The notes: generated by a model from the sequence alone, not told the origin. A stretch of 64,000 bases of DNA from Octopus sinensis (GCF_006345805.1 NC_043001.1:135842001-135906000); one strand, 5' to 3'; shown: positions 51,501-60,555, counted from the first letter of the stretch. Numbers and translations are program-made.

Positions 51501-54500
51501 CTCTTGCACACTCCATACAGAAGAAAATTACAATAATATCAAAGAACTTCTTGACAAAATAAAGTGGGATGTTTGTGGTGATTTCAAGATGCTTGCCTTC
51601 TTGCTTGGCTTGCAAGGAGGATACACAAAGTATTCATGTGTCCTTTACTTATGGGACAGCAGAGCTGATGATGATCATTACAAGAGAGTACATTGGCCCC
51701 CACGAGTGGAACTGCAGCCAGGAATATTAAATGTTCTCAAACAGCCTCTAGTAGATTCCAACAAAATCTTATTGCCCTCACTTCATATCAAACTCGGATT
51801 GGTAAAACAGTTTGTGAAGGCCTTAGATTTTAGAGGAGAAGCTTTTCAAGAAATTTGTCTTATGTTTCCAAAGCTGTCTGAGGCTAAGATCAAGGGTGGC
51901 ATATTTGTTGGGTCCCAAGTAAATGCAATGTTAAAGTCGAAGAAACTGGTAAGAGAGATGACAAAAGTTGAAAAAGAAGCTTGGTGTGAATTTTGTGATA
52001 TAGTTCGTGGATTCTTAGGAAATCACAAGGATCCTAATTACAAACAGCTGGTAGCAAAGCTTATTGAAAACTTCAAGAAAATGGGTTGTTGTATGTCCTT
52101 AAAGGTTCAATTTTTGCACTCTCACCTAGATTTTTTCCATGAAAACTTGAGTGATGTCAGTAAGGAGCATGGTGAGAAATTTCATCAGGACATCGCAACT
52201 ATGGAAAGAAGATATCAAGGACGATGGAATACTGCTTTGATGGGAGATTATATATGGTCTCTAGTCAGAAGAGATGAAGGTATACACCCCAGAAAATCTC
52301 GATCGTCAAAGCATTTCTCAGCTTAAGAAAAGAGTTATCAAGGCATTTACAGTGCAGAGTTTTATTGTTTCTTTTTGTTCTAACTAATATTATACTTCCT
52401 AAATGCCTTTCTATATATGAAAAAATACTAAATATTGTGTAATTATCTTTACAATACTAGAATAGATTGAACCAACAAAGTGCTGTGGAGAAAAGTTACA
52501 ATATAATGAGCAAATATGAAATTAGGAATAAATGTGATTTTTAAAAAATTTAATGGCAAAAAATGCATATATAGGCGCAGGAGTGGCTGTGTGGTAAGTA
52601 GCTTGCTAACCAACCACATGGTTCCGGGTTCAGTCCCACTGCGTGGCATCTTGGGCAAGTGTCTTCTGCTATAGCCTCGGGCCGACCAATGCCTTGTGAG
52701 TGGATTTGGTAGACGGAAACTGAAAGAAGCCTGTCGTATATATGTATATGTATGTGTATGTGTGTCTGTGTTTGTCCCCCCCAACATCGCTTGACAACCG
52801 ATGCTGGTGTGTTTGCGTCCCCATCACTTAGCGGTTCGGCAAAAGAGACCGATAGAATAAGTACTGGGCTTACAAAAAGAATAAGTCCCGGGGTCGATTT
52901 GCTCGACTAAAGGCGGTGCTCCAGCATGGCCGCAGTCAAATGACTGAAACAAGTAAAAGAGTGAAAGAGAGTATGTATTACATTGTTATTGGTAAAATAG
53001 GACATTTGCCAGTCGAAAACTTTTTTTTTTTCAATACCAGTCTATTAATTTCTATTTTAATTATCATCCATCTTATTTAAAAGATATCGTATTGTTCTGC
53101 AACATTCCGTGGGCCATTATTTTGGGGCAATTAAAGAGTTTTTGGTCTCGACAAAGTGAAACTATTTGTTCGGCAAGTTCCGTAAAACATTTTTATTTCT
53201 TTACTTCTTTCATCTTACCCACACACTTCTACATACATACATAAAAATACATAAACGTAAACGATTCGTAAAAACATAAAACAGGTATAAATGTATATCT
53301 ATGTGTGTGTGTGTATCTATATATGTTTGTATGTAATTGTGTGAAGTTCCGTATAAATTTTTTATTCCTTTAACGTTTATTTTTTGCAGCTGAACAGTGA
53401 AAAGGACTTGAACATTGACACACACTCGCACATATATATATTTCTTTACTACCCATAAGGGGCTAAACACAGACGGGACAAACAAGGACAGAAAAAGGGA
53501 TTAAGTCGATTACATCGACCACAGTGCGTAACTGGTACTTAATTTATCGACCCCGAAAGGATGAAAGGCAAAGTCGACCTCGGCGGAATTTGAACTCGGA
53601 ACGTAACGGCAAACGAAATACCACTAAGCATTTCGCCCGGTATGCTAACGTTTCTGCCAGCTCGCCACCTTCGCTTACGCAGATATAGATACACATACAT
53701 ACATAAATATACATGTTTTGTTTTCACGAATCGATTACGTTTATGTATTTTAGTGTATATATGTAGAGGTCTGTGTGTAAGCTGAAAAAAGAAGTAAAGA
53801 AATAAAAAATGTTTTACTGATTGATTGCTTATTTTGGAACTTGCGAAATATTTCAGTTTTCGTATATTATCAATTAAGTTTAATAATAATAATAATAAAA
53901 CATTGTGTATAGTGCTCAGGTGCACTACAACTCATCTAAAGTGTATACATAATCAGGTGTAGTTTCGGCGGATTTCGGAAAGCATGAGGGCCTTTATTAA
54001 AAGTTGTTTCATTATCACAAAAAAAAAACTCCCAAAAAACAGCCGCCTCGTTTAGTAACGAGGAACAATTAACAAAGCAACTGTTTTTATGCGCATTCAA
54101 TCTAAGCGCCTTTTAATTATTTAAAGGGTGTGATTTACTGAAATACAAACAGCATGCCTTATTATGCAACACAGAGACATGTAACAACAAAGGAGGTGAT
54201 ATGAAAACACCCAATGTTAAAACGTTTTTATGAACTTAGCGCCAACCTGTTTTTTACGCAGAATAAAAGTACATTTCGTTGTTTACATTCGCTTGAAAAT
54301 CGGGACCACTCTACGATACTAGTACGCAAGTCTTATCCTTAAAAGCAATAAATGAACATAAATAAATATTAATTCTTCTTTAAGGCGATCTTTCGTCTCC
54401 TTTAAGGCGATCTACTAGAGACGAAAGATCGCCCTTCTTTAATTTTGAAGTGGGAAGTATTTATAAACATGTTAATTGCATAAAGTTAATTGAATAACTG

Positions 54501-54670
54501 TCTAGAAAAGTCGAAGTCGGCAGTCAGATTAGAAAAGTAAAATCAACGCTAGGAATGTAATTGATGGTACAAAAAAAGAAAAAAGGGTCTAATACAAGTG
54601 ACTTACCAGCAGCATCAGCAACAAGAGAACCGATGACGGCTCCAATTCGACGTTCGGCCACAGTTGCCAT
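31695..54670 (-). CDS. selenoj: Spliced gene (partial, 5' four coding exons): crystallin J1 / selenoprotein J-like ADP-ribosylglycohydrolase family protein
   Basis: The joined exons (64+177+81+93 nt) translate without stops: MATVAERRIGAVIGSLVADAA-VQPIHWNYNKEKLTALLSTRSDWEFWEPSQNPFYVQKTGKQTCYGDQNFVVLKSLVENS-GINSDHLKKSLYEYFGAGTTYDNPIWS-GGPKTIPITGCWRNGSIRDFLKNYEEKKQET-G. The motifs (G..VADAA.QP.HW.Y, NPFY...TG.Q.CYGDQ, FG.G..YD, PI.G.WR..S...FLKN....K.ETG) match SelJ/J1-crystallin from memory. All introns are GT-AG, phase 1. Orthology versus paralogy was not tested. Confidence 0.88.
31883..32110 (-). mobile_element. SINE family B
   Basis: Full-length copy about 100 bp from exon 4; TSD ending ACCTTTACC. 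Confidence 0.85.
32355..32771 (+). mobile_element. SINE family A
   Basis: Full-length copy inserted in a piggyBac-like MITE. Confidence 0.85.
34112..34720. repeat. Long palindrome (about 83-bp arms) split by a MITE insertion
   Basis: Left arm 34112-34194; right arm 34214-34271 plus 34697-34720. Confidence 0.85.
34272..34688. mobile_element. MITE with about 29-bp GGATC-starting TIRs, an 8-bp TSD and internal (CCCTAA)4
   Basis: TIRs GGATCTTTTCGGTTTGAACGGCAGTTTTT and AAAAACTGCCGTTCAAACCAAAAAGATCC; TSD GAACATCT/GAACATCC. A truncated second copy lies at 63069-63296. Confidence 0.8.
35583..36004 (-). mobile_element. SINE family A
   Basis: Full-length copy. Confidence 0.9.
36941..37168. mobile_element. 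piggyBac-like MITE (about 225 bp)
   Basis: TTAA-CCCTTTAG...CTAAAGGG-TTAA. Related copies at about 10572-10798, 13505-13668, 32175-32350, 47560-47771, 48605-48832 and 57595-57790. Confidence 0.75.
37260..37598 (-). mobile_element. Non-autonomous Helitron-like element (same family as 57820-58181)
   Basis: Shares the body tgcatgcatatacagctg...gactggggaa.tgtaaagat...attttgccgtttatatata. Confidence 0.6.
37713..37878. mobile_element. hAT-like MITE (166 bp)
   Basis: TIRs CAGAGCCGGC and GCCAGCCCTG with a perfect 8-bp TSD TATATTCA (37705-37712, 37879-37886). A second diverged copy lies at about 40875-41038. Confidence 0.8.
38314..38710 (-). mobile_element. Non-autonomous Helitron-like element
   Basis: One end is actagcagtatcgcccagcgttgctcaggt; the opposite end is cagctttatatatagagaga. 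Confidence 0.55.
38997..39679 (-). mobile_element. SINE family A, interrupted at its (TA)n tract by a hammerhead-bearing insert (about 39240-39480)
   Basis: 3' half at 38997-39200 and 5' half at 39515-39679. Confidence 0.8.
39281..39359 (+). ncRNA. Type I hammerhead-like ribozyme, slightly degenerate (PLE remnant nested in a SINE)
   Basis: CCAC-CUGAUGA (39295-39301), stem II UGACUGC/GCAGGCA, GAAA (39338-39341), ACGAUCGU palindrome, GUA, then GUGG. Distal stem I is AAUAUU/GAUAUU. The closing pair of stem II is an A.G mismatch. Confidence 0.7.
39728..39808 (-). CDS. SelJ/crystallin-J1-like coding exon 3
   Basis: Acceptor ctttttgtcaacAG, 81 nt, encodes GINSDHLKKSLYEYFGAGTTYDNPIWS, donor GTAAGT. 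Confidence 0.88.
40088..40318 (+). mobile_element. SINE family B
   Basis: Near full-length copy. Confidence 0.8.
40522..40828 (+). mobile_element. SINE family D (tail 2)
   Basis: Same head and body as 1661 but a different 3' tail; 12-bp TSD TCAATCATATGT. Confidence 0.9.
40875..41038. mobile_element. Second copy of the hAT-like MITE
   Basis: Aligns by eye to 37713-37878 (accagcaac, caccatgtgctaggg, aaggaaatttcca, aagttcagctt). Confidence 0.65.
41130..41535. repeat. Degenerate 33-bp minisatellite
   Basis: Units resembling cccctactatgttcccctctgtcactgcacatgt. Confidence 0.75.
41965..42293 (+). mobile_element. SINE family C with internal duplication
   Basis: Duplicated actacactcg.ggagtggttg...ccagacccc block and a (GAT)n tail. 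Confidence 0.75.
42990..43408 (+). mobile_element. SINE family C with expanded internal tandem units
   Basis: About 4 repeats of gccggtggcac.taaaaagcaccatccg followed by the family C 3' end. Confidence 0.8.
44030..44368 (-). mobile_element. tRNA-derived SINE family E (CORE-like, tail 4)
   Basis: Head GTGAAGGCGCATGGCTCAGTGGTTAGAG and TTGAGCAAGACACTTTATTTCAC. Second copy at about 27735-28050 (-). Confidence 0.8.
44460..44917 (-). mobile_element. Non-autonomous Helitron-like element
   Basis: Terminal hairpin cccggcgttgcccggg next to actacagc; the other end is ctgccgtttatatagagagaga. Confidence 0.6.
45117..45293 (-). CDS. SelJ/crystallin-J1-like coding exon 2
   Basis: Acceptor tctttttatcttctacAG, 177 nt, encodes VQPIHWNY...GKQTCYGDQNFVVLKSLVENS, donor GTTAGT. 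Confidence 0.92.
45953..46350 (-). mobile_element. SINE family A
   Basis: Full-length copy. Confidence 0.9.
46483..46826 (-). mobile_element. SINE family A (tail truncated)
   Basis: Near-identical to 45953-46350; an older interrupted copy follows at about 46865-47430. Confidence 0.85.
47186..47221 (-). ncRNA. Minimal hammerhead-like motif in a PLE-derived repeat (about 47095-47250)
   Basis: Minus strand reads CUUU-CUGUUGA-AGAGUGUAGGCUC-GAAACGUA-AAAG. ACGU is the palindromic loop III; the core has U in place of A6. Confidence 0.45.
48128..48475 (+). mobile_element. SINE family A (internal deletion)
   Basis: Family A head and tail. Confidence 0.85.
48605..48832. mobile_element. piggyBac-like MITE copy
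   Basis: TTAATCCTTTAGCATT...AATGCTAAAGGGTTAA. Confidence 0.7.
49347..49578 (-). mobile_element. SINE family B
   Basis: TSD AATGACTTAAGTA. Confidence 0.85.
49684..50165. mobile_element. Tc1-like MITE with 18-bp perfect TIRs, carrying a family C SINE insertion
   Basis: CAGTTGTGGCCAAAAGTT (49684-49701) and AACTTTTGGCCACAACTG (50148-50165). Confidence 0.7.
50679..52326 (+). pseudogene. Chapaev3-like (CMC superfamily) DNA transposase pseudogene, antisense in intron 1 of the SelJ-like gene
   Basis: Three ORF pieces carry a Chapa-type Zn finger (CYVCG...DQDKPWAPHVICGSC...W...DCYFC), ELLSSRLKEWNLL, WRLFI, GLQGGYTKY.C...WDSRA, LHIKLGLVKQFVKAL and EHGE.FHQDI..ME.RYQG.W. There is an in-frame TGA at 51081-51083 and a frameshift near 51440. 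Confidence 0.85.
52574..52972 (+). mobile_element. SINE family A
   Basis: Full-length copy. Confidence 0.9.
53162..53850. mobile_element. MITE with about 150-bp imperfect TIRs, interrupted by a family B SINE
   Basis: gcaagttccgtaaaacatttttatttctttacttc... is mirrored by ...gaagtaaagaaataaaaaatgttttac...ggaacttgc. Confidence 0.7.
53438..53670 (-). mobile_element. SINE family B
   Basis: Full-length copy inside a MITE. Confidence 0.85.
53881..53992 (-). mobile_element. CR1-clade LINE extreme 3' fragment
   Basis: Contains gtgctcaggtgcactacaactcatctaaagtg and a (TAA)n tail, shared with the two copies above. Confidence 0.75.
54607..54670 (-). CDS. SelJ/crystallin-J1-like coding exon 1
   Basis: ATG at 54670, encodes MATVAERRIGAVIGSLVADAA+G, followed by donor GTAAGT at 54606-54601. 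Confidence 0.9.
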
Positions 54671-54786
54671 GCTTTCCGGACTAAGCACAAGTCTTACTGA
54701 TTGTAACAGGGGAGATGACTTACCCAGAACTTTCATGGAACAAGGGAAGTAAGCTCAGTTATAGTTTATAATAGAAGAAATAAGAT

Positions 54787-54967
54787 GGGGTCGACTTTGC
54801 CTTACGTTCTGAGTTCAAATTCCGCCGGGGTCGACTTTGTCTTTCATCCTCTCGGGGTCGATAAATAAAGTACCAGTTTCGCACTGGGTCGATATAATCG
54901 ACTTGATCCCTTTGTCTGTCTTTGTTTGTCCCCTCTATGTTTAGCCCCTTGTGGGCAATAAAGAAAT
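54787..54967 (+). mobile_element. SINE family B (5'-truncated), directly upstream of the SelJ-like ATG
   Basis: B box, core and tail are present. Confidence 0.8.
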
Positions 54968-55071
54968 ATATATATATCATCATCATCATCATCGTTTAAC
55001 GTCCGTTTTCCACGCTAGCATGGGTTGGACAGTGCAACTGGGGTCTGGGAAGCAAGGAGGCTGCGCCATGC

Positions 55072-55440
55072 CAGGGTATCCCAGAAGTCTTGAGAACATT
55101 TCAAGTCCTCATATCTGCTGGACTATGATTGGTAGTAAGATGAAACTCGTACCATTTTAGAGCTAAATTCATTAAGTTTTTTGTAATGCTAATGATTTTT
55201 CATATTTTCCAGATCCAGTAATGGCGTTCACTCAACCAGAAAATGCGTTTTGCGTCCTTGAATTTGCAAAACCTGAATCATGGACACTTGTTCAACGTGC
55301 ATTTCGCACAAAATTCCGAAAAGAGGCACCAGAAAGGAAGTCCATATTGTCATGGTAAATTCATGAAGGATGGGTGTTTCTGCCCAGCTGAGTTGCTACG
55401 AAGGTGAATAAAAATTCAGAATGAGGGACTGAAACAGGTA
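55072..55440 (+). mobile_element. Tc1/mariner-type transposon 5' fragment (DUF4817-like HTH) just upstream of the SelJ-like gene
   Basis: Starts CAGGGTATCCCA. From 55221 it encodes MAFTQPENAFCVLEFAKPESWTLVQRAFRTKFRKEAPERKSILSW, then breaks. Confidence 0.6.
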
Positions 55441-55649
55441 AAATCCAGCCTACATATGCTTCTTAGCTAGCAAGCAGATCCTCTGATATAATAATTACTC
55501 AACGAGAGTTACTTAGCTAGCTACTCACCAGGCCAAAGATACTTTAATTATATGAAGGCTACATTGTCCTTAAAGAATCCCAAGTTAATTCACCGAAGAT
55601 ATAATTTGAAATATACACATATATGTATGTGTGTGCGTATGCATGTATG

Positions 55650-56030
55650 TCTTCTATTTTTCAAATATCATAAATCTACCACTGAGGAGGGAGCCGGTTT
55701 CTAACAAAGATACAAGGTTCCATCTTTGGGTTGTAGTTAACACAGACAAATTCGCATTTGGAACTTTAGAAAAGTCTTGCATATTTTTACTGTTCCACTC
55801 ACAGATTGCACTTATAATGTACAAATCAGCTGGTCGATTTCTCTTTCTGAAAATCCCAGTTTATCCAGATTCTCCTTTAAGCATTTACTAACAAAACCTA
55901 GTGCTCCAATTATCATTGGTATGAATGTGAATTCATAATCTGGATATAGAAGCTGGAAGTTTCAAAGCAGTTGTCCATAGATATCCTCTTCTTTGATTTT
56001 CAAAGAGATATTTATATCTGCAGGGCAACT
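55650..56030 (-). mobile_element. Older decayed copy of a related RLE-type retrotransposon 3' end
   Basis: Encodes CPADINI..KIKE and LLYPDYEF.FIP.IIGAL, with a 3' UTR motif (ggtttctaac..agat.caagg) shared with 56170-57079. Confidence 0.6.
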
Positions 56031-56119
56031 ATGATGGTACATGGCCTATAGTTTCCTGCCATCTCAGTGATTTCATTTTTGGCAACAAAATTTGTCTTTG
56101 CTGTAGCAAGCCAATTTAG

Positions 56120-56155
<36 letters not shown>

Positions 56156-56169
56156 TGTATGTATGTATG

Positions 56170-57079
56170 TCATTATTCAATTTATTTCAAGATTTCTTAC
56201 CAATAGAGAAAGAATCGGTTTCTAACCTAGATCCAAGGTTCCTTCATTGGAATTTCAACATCAACAACAGGGTATTTTTGTTTGTATGTATGTATTTATG
56301 TATGTATGCATGTATGTATGTATGTATGTATGTATGTATGTATGTATGTATGTGCAGATTTGTATGTTTTATGTATGTATTCTCGTGCAAATAGTTAAAC
56401 ATCTAGACATGCTCATATGCATTTAAATGATAAACTTCTGGAAAGTTTTACAGATTTTTACAGTTCCAGTGATGGATTGGATCTGTAGTCTTCGAATTAG
56501 CCTTCTCCTTTCTGGTTTTAAGATGCCTAATTTCTCAAGATTGGTATTTAGGAAGTGTGTTACATATCCTAGGGCCCCAATAATTACAAGTATAACACTG
56601 AACTTGTAATCTGGATAGCATAACTGCAAATTTCTCAATAGTTCTCTTTTTCACAGATCTTCAGCTTTATGTTAACATCCGCTGGGCAGCTAATTTCCAC
56701 AACGGTACACAGTTTCTGTTCTCTATCCCAAATCATTTTATCAGGTCTGTTGTGCTTACATTTTATTGAGGTCTTCACTGGTACATTCCACCAGTATTCC
56801 TTTTTATTATGAGTAGCTATGGCTTCTACCATATTGTGGGGTTTTATTTCTTTGTCCTCGGGATTATCCTTCCGATGGATTTCATTATAGAGTGTCCTAG
56901 CTACAGCGTCATGTCTCATCGGTAGATAATACCATGATGAGGTTTTCGGACAGCTGCTTATGATGTGGGTTATATCTTCAGTGTGAACTCCACAAAGTCT
57001 GCATCGGTTGTCACATTTTACAGCTTTTCCCGCATCTCTATCCCTTTTGTGCATCAGGTACATGGTTGATATTTCCTGC
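56170..57079 (-). mobile_element. R4/Dong-like (restriction-like endonuclease) non-LTR retrotransposon 3' fragment
   Basis: CCHC finger CRLCG...HIISSCP, RHD.VA, the PD...D and VEISCP.D motifs, and IGALG. Frameshift near 56637; flanked by (TATG)n. Confidence 0.85.
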
Positions 57080-57123
57080 ATGTATGTATGTATGTATGTA
57101 TGTATGTATATATCGGTGCGTAT

Positions 57124-57475
57124 GCTCTTTTACTCTTTACTCTTTTACTTGTTTCAGTCATTTGACTGCGGCCATGCTGGAGCACCGCCTTTAATCGAGC
57201 TTTTTGCTGAACCACTAAGTAACGGGGACATAAACACACCAGAATCGGTTGTCAAGCAATGCTAGGGGACAAATACAGACACACAAACACACACACGCAT
57301 ATATATATACATATATACGACGGGCTTCTTTCAGTCTACCAAATCCACTCACAAGGCTTTGGTCAGCCCGAGGCTATAGTAGAAGACACTTGCCCAAGGT
57401 GCCATGCAGTGGGACTGAACCTGGAACCATGTGGTTGGTAGACAAGCTACTTACCACACAGCCACTCCTGCGCCT
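57124..57475 (-). mobile_element. SINE family A (internal deletion)
   Basis: Family A head and tail. Confidence 0.85.
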
Positions 57476-57819
57476 ATTGTATGTATAGGGTTGTGTGTAT
57501 ATTTCTATTTGTCTCCTTGTTTTCACATCTTGTAATAGTTCAAAATGATCGTCATACAAGCAATGTCATTTATTTCCAGCCTTCTGTGAAAAATCTCTCT
57601 AATATTCTCCCTGTTTTATGTTAAAACTGATCAGATCCAGCCTCTCTCACCTATCCTACAATGACATTCTAAAAATATACAAACACACCATCAAAATCTC
57701 AAAGCTACAAGATAATGCATGATTAATTCAAAATAATGTGAATAAATAAGAGATGCATTTAACAGAATAATCTGAATGCTAAAGAGTTAATCTGATTGTA
57801 ATTAAAATTTTTATACAAG

Positions 57820-58181
57820 ACTAGCACTATGACCCGGCGTTGCCGGGTCATAGTGCTAGTGCATGCATATACAGCTGCGTGCGTGCACACATACACGCGA
57901 GTACTGTCCAAATCTCTGACCAATCACATACAGCTAGCTGGCATTCAATTGGCATATCAAGTTTCGGGCATTTTGATTGGGTTTTGGATAGAAAATTCAC
58001 CAAAAAGTCACTTCTATTGATTTTTTAATGGCTTTGTGGGGTGACTGGGGAAGTGTAAAGATTTGCACGACCACCCTTGGACGGTTTTGAATGACCATAG
58101 AAAGTGCGAGCCCTCTAACTGAAAAATTGTGGATTTGTATAAAGGACATGCAGACATTTTGCCGTTTATATATAGAGAGAG
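57820..58181 (-). mobile_element. Non-autonomous Helitron-like element
   Basis: On the minus strand it starts TC(TC)TATATATAAACGGC and ends with a GC hairpin plus CTAGT (perfect 19-bp stem at 57820-57860). Related copies at 37260-37598 and 58420-58621. Confidence 0.65.
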
Positions 58182-58552
58182 ATTTCATGTTGATATGTGT
58201 TCCAAATACGAGGTTAATAAGGATAAAGTTATTTCACTAAGTTCTTCTCCATTTCCAAACTAAAAATGAAGGCACCAGCATGGGTGTGTGTTAAGGAGTT
58301 TGCTTCTCAACCATCTGGTCTTGAATTCAGTCCCACTGGGCTAAACCATGTCTAAGTGTCTTCTATAATGGCCCCAGGCTGACCAAAACCTTGTGTTTGG
58401 ATTTGCTTGACAGAACATGAAAGTGGGGTGACTGGGGAAATGTAAAGATGTGCACGACCACCCTTGGACAGTTTTGAATGACCATAGAAAGTGCGAGCCC
58501 TCTAACTAAAAAATTGTGGATTTGTATAAAGGACATGCGTACACATACGCAT

Positions 58553-58598
<46 letters not shown>

Positions 58599-59129
58599 TT
58601 TACCGTTTATATATATAGAGATTTCTATGAGGTAACAAAGTATGAAATATATTTCCTTCTGACAATAGTAATTAAATAAATTAACACATAACTGAAATGT
58701 TTTTCCATTGATCTAGAAAAGATAATAGTTGTAGTCGTTGGCAGCAGCGGCGGCGGTGATGATGATAATCATAATGATGCTAGTGATGTTCCTACTAGGG
58801 CAGTCTTTATCGGGCAGACATACAATCAATGGCATTCTAGACATGACCATCTCACCTCTTTTCCCTTTATGTAATGAATTTTGAACCACATTATTGAATG
58901 TGTCCTTTTTCTAAGAGGGTAATGTGTGATTTTAGAGACAAATTTTGACTACTATTTCTAGCAGGTTGTCTGACTACTTAGAGGCTACCTTTGTTTGCTG
59001 GAAAAGACAATGAATCATTGTAATGATCCATAGATAACGTCACATGATCACACTGAAGTCATCACATGATGACAAAGGCTTACTGCGGCCCACCATTTAA
59101 TCGGTATATTATATGATGTAATGCACTTT

Positions 59130-59161
59130 AGATGAGAGAAAAAAGGAGAGAGAGAGAGAGA

Positions 59162-59197
<36 letters not shown>

Positions 59198-59386
59198 GCG
59201 AGACTAAAAGACAGAGAGAAACAGAAAGCGAGAGGCAGACTGACTGAGAGAGAGAGAGAGAGAGATGGAAAGTGAGAGTTTGTGAGTGAGTGAGTGAGTG
59301 AGAGAATGAGAGAAAGAGAGAGAAACAGAAACAGACAGACGGACAGATAGACAGACAGAAACAAAAGGATGACGACAGTCAAAAAC

Positions 59387-59422
<36 letters not shown>
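59130..59422. repeat. (GA)n-rich compound microsatellite
   Basis: (GA)n, (GAGT)n and (GACA)n runs. Confidence 0.85.
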
Positions 59423-59483
59423 TAATTATTAAAATACTACTGCAGAAATGCCTTTATGCGCAGGTGTGGCTGTGTGGTAAGAA

Positions 59484-60251
59484 GGCGGCGAGCTGGCAGA
59501 ACCATTAGCATGCCAGGCTAAATGCTTAGCAGTATTTCGTCTACCGCTACGTTCTGAGTTCAAATTCCGCCGAGGTCGACTTTGCCTTTCATCCTTTCGA
59601 GGTCGATTAAATAAGTACCAGTTACGCACTGGGGTCGATATAATCGACTTAATCCGTTTGTCTGTCCTTGTTTGTCCCCTCTGAGTGTAGCCCCTTGTGG
59701 GTAGTAAAGAAATAGGTATTTCGTCTGCCGCTACGTTCTGAGTTCAAATTCCACCGAGGTCGACTTTGCCTTTCATCCTTACAGGGTCGATTAAATAAGT
59801 ACCAGTTACGCACTGGGGTCGATATAATCGACTTAATCCGTTTGTCTGTCCTTGTTTGTCTCCTCTGAGTGTAGCCCCTTGTGGGTAGTAAAGAAATAGG
59901 TATTTCGTCTGCCATTACGTTCTGAGTTCAAATTCCGCCGAGGTCGACTTTGCCTTTCATCCTTTCGGGGTCGATTAAATAAGTACCAGTTTCGCACTGG
60001 GGTCGATATAATCGACTTAATCCGTTTGTCCTCTCTATGTTTAGCCCCTTGTGGGTAGTAAAGAAATAGGTATTTCGTCTGCTGCTACGTTCTGAGTTCA
60101 AATTCTGCCGAGATCGACTTTGCCTTTCATCCTTTCGGGGTCGATTAAATAAGTACCAGTTACGCACTGGGGTAGATATAATCGACTTAATCCGTTTGTC
60201 TGTCCTTGTTTGGCCCTTCTGTATGTAGCCCCTTGTGGGTAGTAAAGAAAT
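59484..60251 (+). mobile_element. Head-to-tail tetramer of SINE family B
   Basis: Units start at about 59484, 59715, 59899 and 60069. A single flanking TAAGAAG duplication. Confidence 0.85.
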
Positions 60252-60555
60252 AAGAAGTTTTCTTCCCGATCATGTGGCTCCGGTTCAGCCCCACGACATC
60301 GCAACTTGGGCAAGTGTTTTCTACTACGTCTCTGAGCCGACCAAAGTCTAATGAGTGGATTTGGCTGATGGAAACTGAAAGAAGCCCGTCATATATACAT
60401 ACACACATACGCTCATGCATACATATGTGTAAATGTGTATGCATATGTATGTGTGTGCGTGTGCGTGTGTGTATGTGTGTAATTATTTGGACTTGGGGTA
60501 TATATGTCTATTAACATGTCGATTATTCCCCGTTTGGGCTACCTGATGTCATCTA

